A stretch of DNA of 64,000 bases from Chloroflexota bacterium (GTDB lineage: Bacteria; Chloroflexota; UBA11872; VXOZ01), in contig CAXXVD010000002.1 of assembly GCA_963662335.2 (NCBI GenBank), positions 352,001-416,000 of the forward strand, in the 5' to 3' direction. The notes beneath the pieces were generated by a model, which did not search any database, was not told the DNA's origin, and worked only from the letters and a program-made list of their open reading frames with translations. The translations under genes were made by a program, and so were the position numbers. Positions 61,905-64,000 of the stretch are shown piece after piece. The number at the start of each line of letters is the position of its first letter. Positions within the stretch are counted from its first letter, which is position 1.

Positions 61905-62990
61905 TTGACGGCGCTGGCCGAGGCTATCGACAAGAGGGCGTCCCTGGTGAAAGTCCCGCTGCGCATCGGCGCCGTTGGCTTGGAGCACGACGAAATCTAC
62001 CGCGTGCTGGACCGGCTGCGCGGCCATGATGCGGCTGAACTGGTAGCCATAGCTGAGCGCGGCGGGCGGCTGCGCATGGCGGCGGAAGGACGCTACCGGG
62101 TGCCGGTGTTTCCGCGCCTGGCGCGGTTGTTGGCGGAAACGGCCGTGGACGCCGTTGTGGTAGCAACGCCCAACGGCGAGAAGGCGGTTACTATCCAAGA
62201 GGCGCTGCGCGCCGGCGCGCACGTGATCGCCCACGCGCCGCTTGCGCTTACACCGGAGCAGTGCGCGGCGGTTGAGGAGGCGCAGCGGGCGGCCGGTACC
62301 GGCGTGGTTCTGCTGCTGCCGTTGCGCTTCACGCCGGCCTACGTCCGCTTGCGGGAGGCGATTGCGCAGGGCGTACTGGGTGACATTACCCAGGCGGTCG
62401 TCATCAACTCGCAGCAGGTCACGGCCACGCCCCGCACGCAGGCCTTCTTTGCCACGAAAACGCACGGCGGCATCCTGACGAACCTCGCGGTGCACGACCT
62501 GGACGCGCTGCGGTGGCTGTGCGGCGACGTGACCGTGGCATACGCGGCAACGCGCCGCATGGGCCTGACCGAGCACCCGGACTTCGAGGACGCGGGCCTG
62601 GCGCGCTGCACCCTGGCGGACGGCGGCGAGGGCGTGGTGGTGTGCAACTGGCTCGCGCCGGAGACGGTTGGGCCTTATCACGAACTCAACGTTGTCGGCA
62701 CGGCAGGCGCGGCCTGGATCAGCGGCGGCAAACTGCAGATCTGGGGCGGCCCGCCACCGGAGACTTTGCCCGACGTTGCGGGCCGCGCGGCCTATAGCGA
62801 ATCCGGGCGCGCTCGTACGTCAACTGCCGCCCATACCGCCGCCGGCGAGGTGGACGCCGCCATGCTCGCCGCCGCGCTGGCAACGCTCGGCGATGATGAT
62901 GCGCGGCGGGCGGCCACGGACGACGCGCTGCGCACGACCCGCGCGGCGGTGGCGGCGCAAGCCGTGGCGTGGCAGAATTGTTCCCCTTAA
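61905..62990 (+). CDS. Gfo/Idh/MocA family oxidoreductase-like protein
   Basis: RIGAVG, DAVVVATP, GG.LTNLAVHDLD; the EKP motif is replaced by HAP. Confidence 0.78.
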   Translation: MTALAEAIDKRASLVKVPLRIGAVGLEHDEIYRVLDRLRGHDAAELVAIAERGGRLRMAAEGRYRVPVFPRLARLLAETAVDAVVVATPNGEKAVTIQEALRAGAHVIAHAPLALTPEQCAAVEEAQRAAGTGVVLLLPLRFTPAYVRLREAIAQGVLGDITQAVVINSQQVTATPRTQAFFATKTHGGILTNLAVHDLDALRWLCGDVTVAYAATRRMGLTEHPDFEDAGLARCTLADGGEGVVVCNWLAPETVGPYHELNVVGTAGAAWISGGKLQIWGGPPPETLPDVAGRAAYSESGRARTSTAAHTAAGEVDAAMLAAALATLGDDDARRAATDDALRTTRAAVAAQAVAWQNCSP

Positions 62991-63144
62991 CGCGCGTTTC
63001 CGTTTGTGCAGGGGCCGCCAACGAGAGAATATTGAATGCGTGCCCCTACCGCGTGAACGAGGCGCGCGGCGTAATGTGACCCCACCGCGCAATAGAGGAG
63101 CGCGCAGGATTGTTGCCAAACCAATTGCGCGCGAGGCGCGAACC

Positions 63145-64000
63145 GTGACTGAATCCGAACAGGCGACGCCGGCTTTCCTGGTTATCGGCCACGCCGCGCG
63201 GGACCTCGTGCCCGGCGGTTGGCGTTGGGGCGGCACGGTCACCTACGCCGCCCTGCTGGCCCGCGCTTGGGACGTGCCGACCGCCGTGCTCACCTCTCTC
63301 GCGGCGGAAGACGTGCCCGGCTACCAGGCGCTGCTCGGCGAGGACGTGCTCCTGCACGCGCTTCCATCACCAGTGACAACGACGATGGAGAATATCTATA
63401 CGGACGCGGGACGCCGGCAACTGCTGCACGCCAAGGCCGCGCGCATCGAGCCGGGCCACGTGCCGGCGGCGTGGCGCGAAGCCCCCATCGTGCTCGCGGG
63501 GCCGATCATTGGCGAAACGTCAACGCGCTTTGGCGCAAGCTTTTCCCCGGGGACGCTGGCCGGCATGACGATTCAGGGCCGGCTGCGCTCGCACCAACGA
63601 GGCCGCGTCTACACCCGCCGCTGGACCCGCGCCGCGCATGAGTTTCCGCCCTATACCGTCATCTTCTTTTCGGATGAAGACGTGGGCGGGAGCGAGCGCC
63701 TGGGCAGGCACTACGCCTCGCAGACCCGCTTTGCGGTGATGACCCAGGGCGACGGCGGCGCGACGCTCTTCGAACACGGGCGTATTTCGCGCCATGCCGC
63801 CTTTCCCGCCAATCCGCGAGACCCAACCGGCGCGGGCGACATCTTTGCCGCCGCTTTCTTGCTCCACTACGCGGCGAAGCGCGATGCCGCGGCCGCGTGC
63901 CAACATGCCAACGCCGCCGCGGCGTGCAGCATCGAGCGCGTTGGCGCCGACGAGATGCCCACGCCCGCACAGGTAGCGGCGCGTATGCGCTCGGCTCGCG
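63145..64000 (+). CDS. PfkB family carbohydrate kinase, 3'-truncated by the window edge
   Basis: LVIGHAARD..PGG...GGTVTYAA, VMTQG..GA and DPTGAGDIFAAAF. No stop before 64000. Confidence 0.9.
   Translation, partial: MTESEQATPAFLVIGHAARDLVPGGWRWGGTVTYAALLARAWDVPTAVLTSLAAEDVPGYQALLGEDVLLHALPSPVTTTMENIYTDAGRRQLLHAKAARIEPGHVPAAWREAPIVLAGPIIGETSTRFGASFSPGTLAGMTIQGRLRSHQRGRVYTRRWTRAAHEFPPYTVIFFSDEDVGGSERLGRHYASQTRFAVMTQGDGGATLFEHGRISRHAAFPANPRDPTGAGDIFAAAFLLHYAAKRDAAAACQHANAAAACSIERVGADEMPTPAQVAARMRSAR

Overview
GC-rich bacterial chromosome segment, most likely Chloroflexota (inferred from the secreted-protein domains and Ccm gene set). Core genes are lon, pnp-dapB-asd-dapA, a glycine betaine-type ABC transporter and a ccmEFH..ABCD cytochrome c maturation cluster. 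A low-GC island at 2.4-9.9 kb carries a duplicated membrane protein plus small Pro/Lys-rich peptide module, two DUF5677-like paralogs and a type IIG-like restriction-modification fusion. The ORF track misses a CxxU Rdx/SelW-type selenoprotein (25655-25891), ccmD (58429-58608), a 52-aa peptide gene (2907-3065) and a PfkB kinase that runs off the end. Intergenic DNA is saturated with at least five families of short palindromic REP/MITE-like repeats. These form tandem mosaics and are also read in-frame inside a kinase gene. Candidate uncharacterised biochemistry includes an ATP-grasp-like ligase plus lysine 2,3-aminomutase pair, and a kinase plus active-site-altered enolase pair. No rRNA, tRNA, CRISPR array or transposase was recognised.
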